A stretch of DNA of 63,861 nucleotides, filler included, from Octopus bimaculoides (lineage: Eukaryota), in assembly GCF_001194135.2 (NCBI RefSeq). It is 7 parts of 6 records of this genome, joined end to end, with 100 filler letters (N's around TTAATTAATTAA, not from the genome) between each part and the next. Parts side by side here need not be neighbours in the genome. Positions count along the whole stretch, not along the records: positions 45,923 to 61,807 come from NC_069010.1; positions 61,908 to 63,861 come from NW_026353457.1; 5 more parts are not named here. One strand, written 5' to 3'. The translations under genes were made by a program, and so were the position numbers. Shown here in pieces: positions 61,747 through 63,861 of this stretch. Position 1 is the first letter of the stretch. Each line of letters begins with the position of its first letter. The notes below the pieces were generated by a model, which ran no database searches, was not told the origin of the DNA, and saw only the letters and a list, made by a program, of their open reading frames with translations.

Positions 61747-61777
<31 letters not shown>

Positions 61778-61919
61778 TGAAAGAAGCCTGTCATATATAT
61801 ATATATANNNNNNNNNNNNNNNNNNNNNNNNNNNNNNNNNNNNNNNNNNNNTTAATTAATTAANNNNNNNNNNNNNNNNNNNNNNNNNNNNNNNNNNNNN
61901 NNNNNNNAACTGGAATTAA

Positions 61920-62300
61920 TTATCAGCTTTCTACACAAGAACCTAGAATGGTTTTCATCAGAAATCCATAGTGTTGATTCACATCAAGTTTGGTGAAACG
62001 ATTCTCATTTTGAGAATAATCCACAACCATTCATTTTTATGGTATTCCATGGTAGAAACAACTTGAAAACAACAAAGAGATGTGCATGATTCAATAATGC
62101 CTTCAGCCAGAAGGTATTGGACTTCTAATTTGATGAAATCTTGATATGATTTACTGTAACAATGAAACTTAATAGCAATAGGTTTACAGTCATAGAGTGA
62201 CATCATAAGCATTGTCCTGAAGACACACACTGACTATAACATGTCCACTTTTCATATCCTATAAAGAGGAAATGTAGTTTGGTTAAAATAAAAACTAATA
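61920..62300 (-). mobile_element. Gypsy/Ty3 pol fossil (RT N-terminus)
   Basis: LYDCKPIAIKFHCYSKSYQDFIKLEVQYLLAEGIIESCTS...QVVST matches the Gypsy KPI...EVxxLLxEGIIEPSxSPW pattern; degraded. Confidence 0.75.
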
Positions 62301-63861
62301 TATTTCCGCTTTTCTGAAGCTGGACTAGAATGTTTTCACCAACTGGAGAAAGATATTGAAGACTCAGTAGTTGTGACTAAGATGAAACTTCACCCATTCG
62401 TATTGAAAGAGTTGATTCTGGTTTGGGAATAGTTGCATCTCTAAATCAGGGAGGAAGAAGTATTGATTCTTTTCAAATTTCTTGTTGAATTCTGAGTTAA
62501 AACATCTTAAAATGAGAAAGAAAGCTCCTCAATCACAAAGTTGATACAATATTAGAAGCTTTCCTTAAGTTGAAAACGATTCACCCTTTTTACTGACACA
62601 AAACATCATTCAGTTTTATGTTTGATGTTAAATGTCATCATAAAATGTTTAGAAGTGAGAAGATTTCTGACATGTCTGTTTTCTGTTTTGTTCTGTTGTT
62701 AGTTGGAATGAAATTGCTGAGATGCATAATTCCTTTTGCCATCCAGGCATGACATGAATGTATGATTATGTGGAAAGCAAGAACATTCCAGAAGCACTTG
62801 ATGAAATCAAAACAATGTTTTCCCTGTGAAATAGACTAACTTCCCAAATCGATTAATCATTCATATTTCAAGAGTCGAGAATTCTGAGTCAAATTCAATC
62901 CCAAATGAGTCTTCTCCAAATAATTCTTCTCACCAATTCTTAATGAACTCCAGATTCTATCAGTTCTCCTGAGCCTATTCTGTTATTATTATATCAGTTT
63001 CAGGGAGAGAGGTCACCTCCAGTTTGCCTTGACTTGTGAATATTCATTTTCTGGTAAATTCTCTCAGAAGAATTCTCTCTTCTTGGCTGGAGAGAATATG
63101 ATATGATTCATCAGTGTCATCTATTTAGTCTTTCCCGGAAGCATCTACAGACATATGTCATGTGATTAAGACGTCATTCTAATTTGGTGATATGAGCTGA
63201 AATTATCTGCTTCTTACACAATGATCCTAAGAAGAAGCTAACTCAAGGTCTTACGATGGAATAAACAAGACTTATTCCGAGTGTTACTTTTGCTTCATTA
63301 AAAATACCAAGGAATAAACTCTGTAATAATGTAAAACACGCAAAAACATTGTCATTCGATCATCTGTTTAGCCTTAAACAATATATTTTAGTCCCTTCTT
63401 CCAAAAGACAATATCTTCTCAACTGTGTTTTATTAATTTATCCATTTTACCAACCTTGCTAACCTCAATTTTATTGTATTAGATTAATATTTTTAATAGA
63501 ATTATTTCACAGTTAACATTTCAAATGGAAATTAGGAATGGAACCTGTTCTCAATCATTCTGACATACAAAGGCTCAAATGAAATTAAAATTAACAGATA
63601 TCAATTAGATATTGTTATTTTCTACTCACCCACTTTCCACCAATTGCCTCCTAACTGACATGCTACATTCAGAAGAAACCTCTCATCCAGTGCTTGAAAA
63701 CCTGAAATAAATATCTCCATGGTTTACATTTTATAGTAAAATTTCTTAATCCTTATTAATAAAGTATATCTTATTATCATAAGATATTCTTATCTTCAAT
63801 TGTCGCTCAAAATTTTTATAAGTTTTACAATGGTACCATATATTAGCTAAATATTCAAGTC

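Noticed and set aside
62500-63250. Coding-like debris near the right end
   Set aside because: Stops in all frames and no motif I could place; possibly more retroelement fossil.

Overview
AT-rich eukaryotic genomic scaffold with many N-gaps and dense (TA)n/(CA)n/(CATA)n/(TAA)n microsatellites. The SINE families, the maT-type transposase fragment and the repeat landscape look like an octopus/coleoid draft assembly (inference from recognition, not from a search). Most ORF-track entries are microsatellite or gap artefacts. Supported content: a full-length but inactivated RTE LINE (41.9-45.8 kb); mariner, maT, Gypsy, Penelope and R4/Dong-type fossils; Tc1-, piggyBac- and hAT-type MITEs; and several dozen SINE copies from at least five families. 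Hand-built, partial gene models: (i) a minus-strand small membrane-protein gene (37.3 to 29.6 kb); (ii) a plus-strand gene whose best exons are at 53.9-54.5 and 56.4-56.5 kb; (iii) the 3' end of a convergent minus-strand gene with 60- and 70-nt introns (61.7 to 60.0 kb). None could be named. The most interesting signals are three minimal Penelope-type hammerhead ribozyme motifs, one of which lies antisense across a candidate splice acceptor, an RFX X-box between divergent candidate first exons at 39.0 kb, a nested-stem RNA structure at the RTE 5' end, and a Dong-like insert sitting inside a (TAA)n tract. No CRISPR, rRNA or bona fide tRNA gene was seen.
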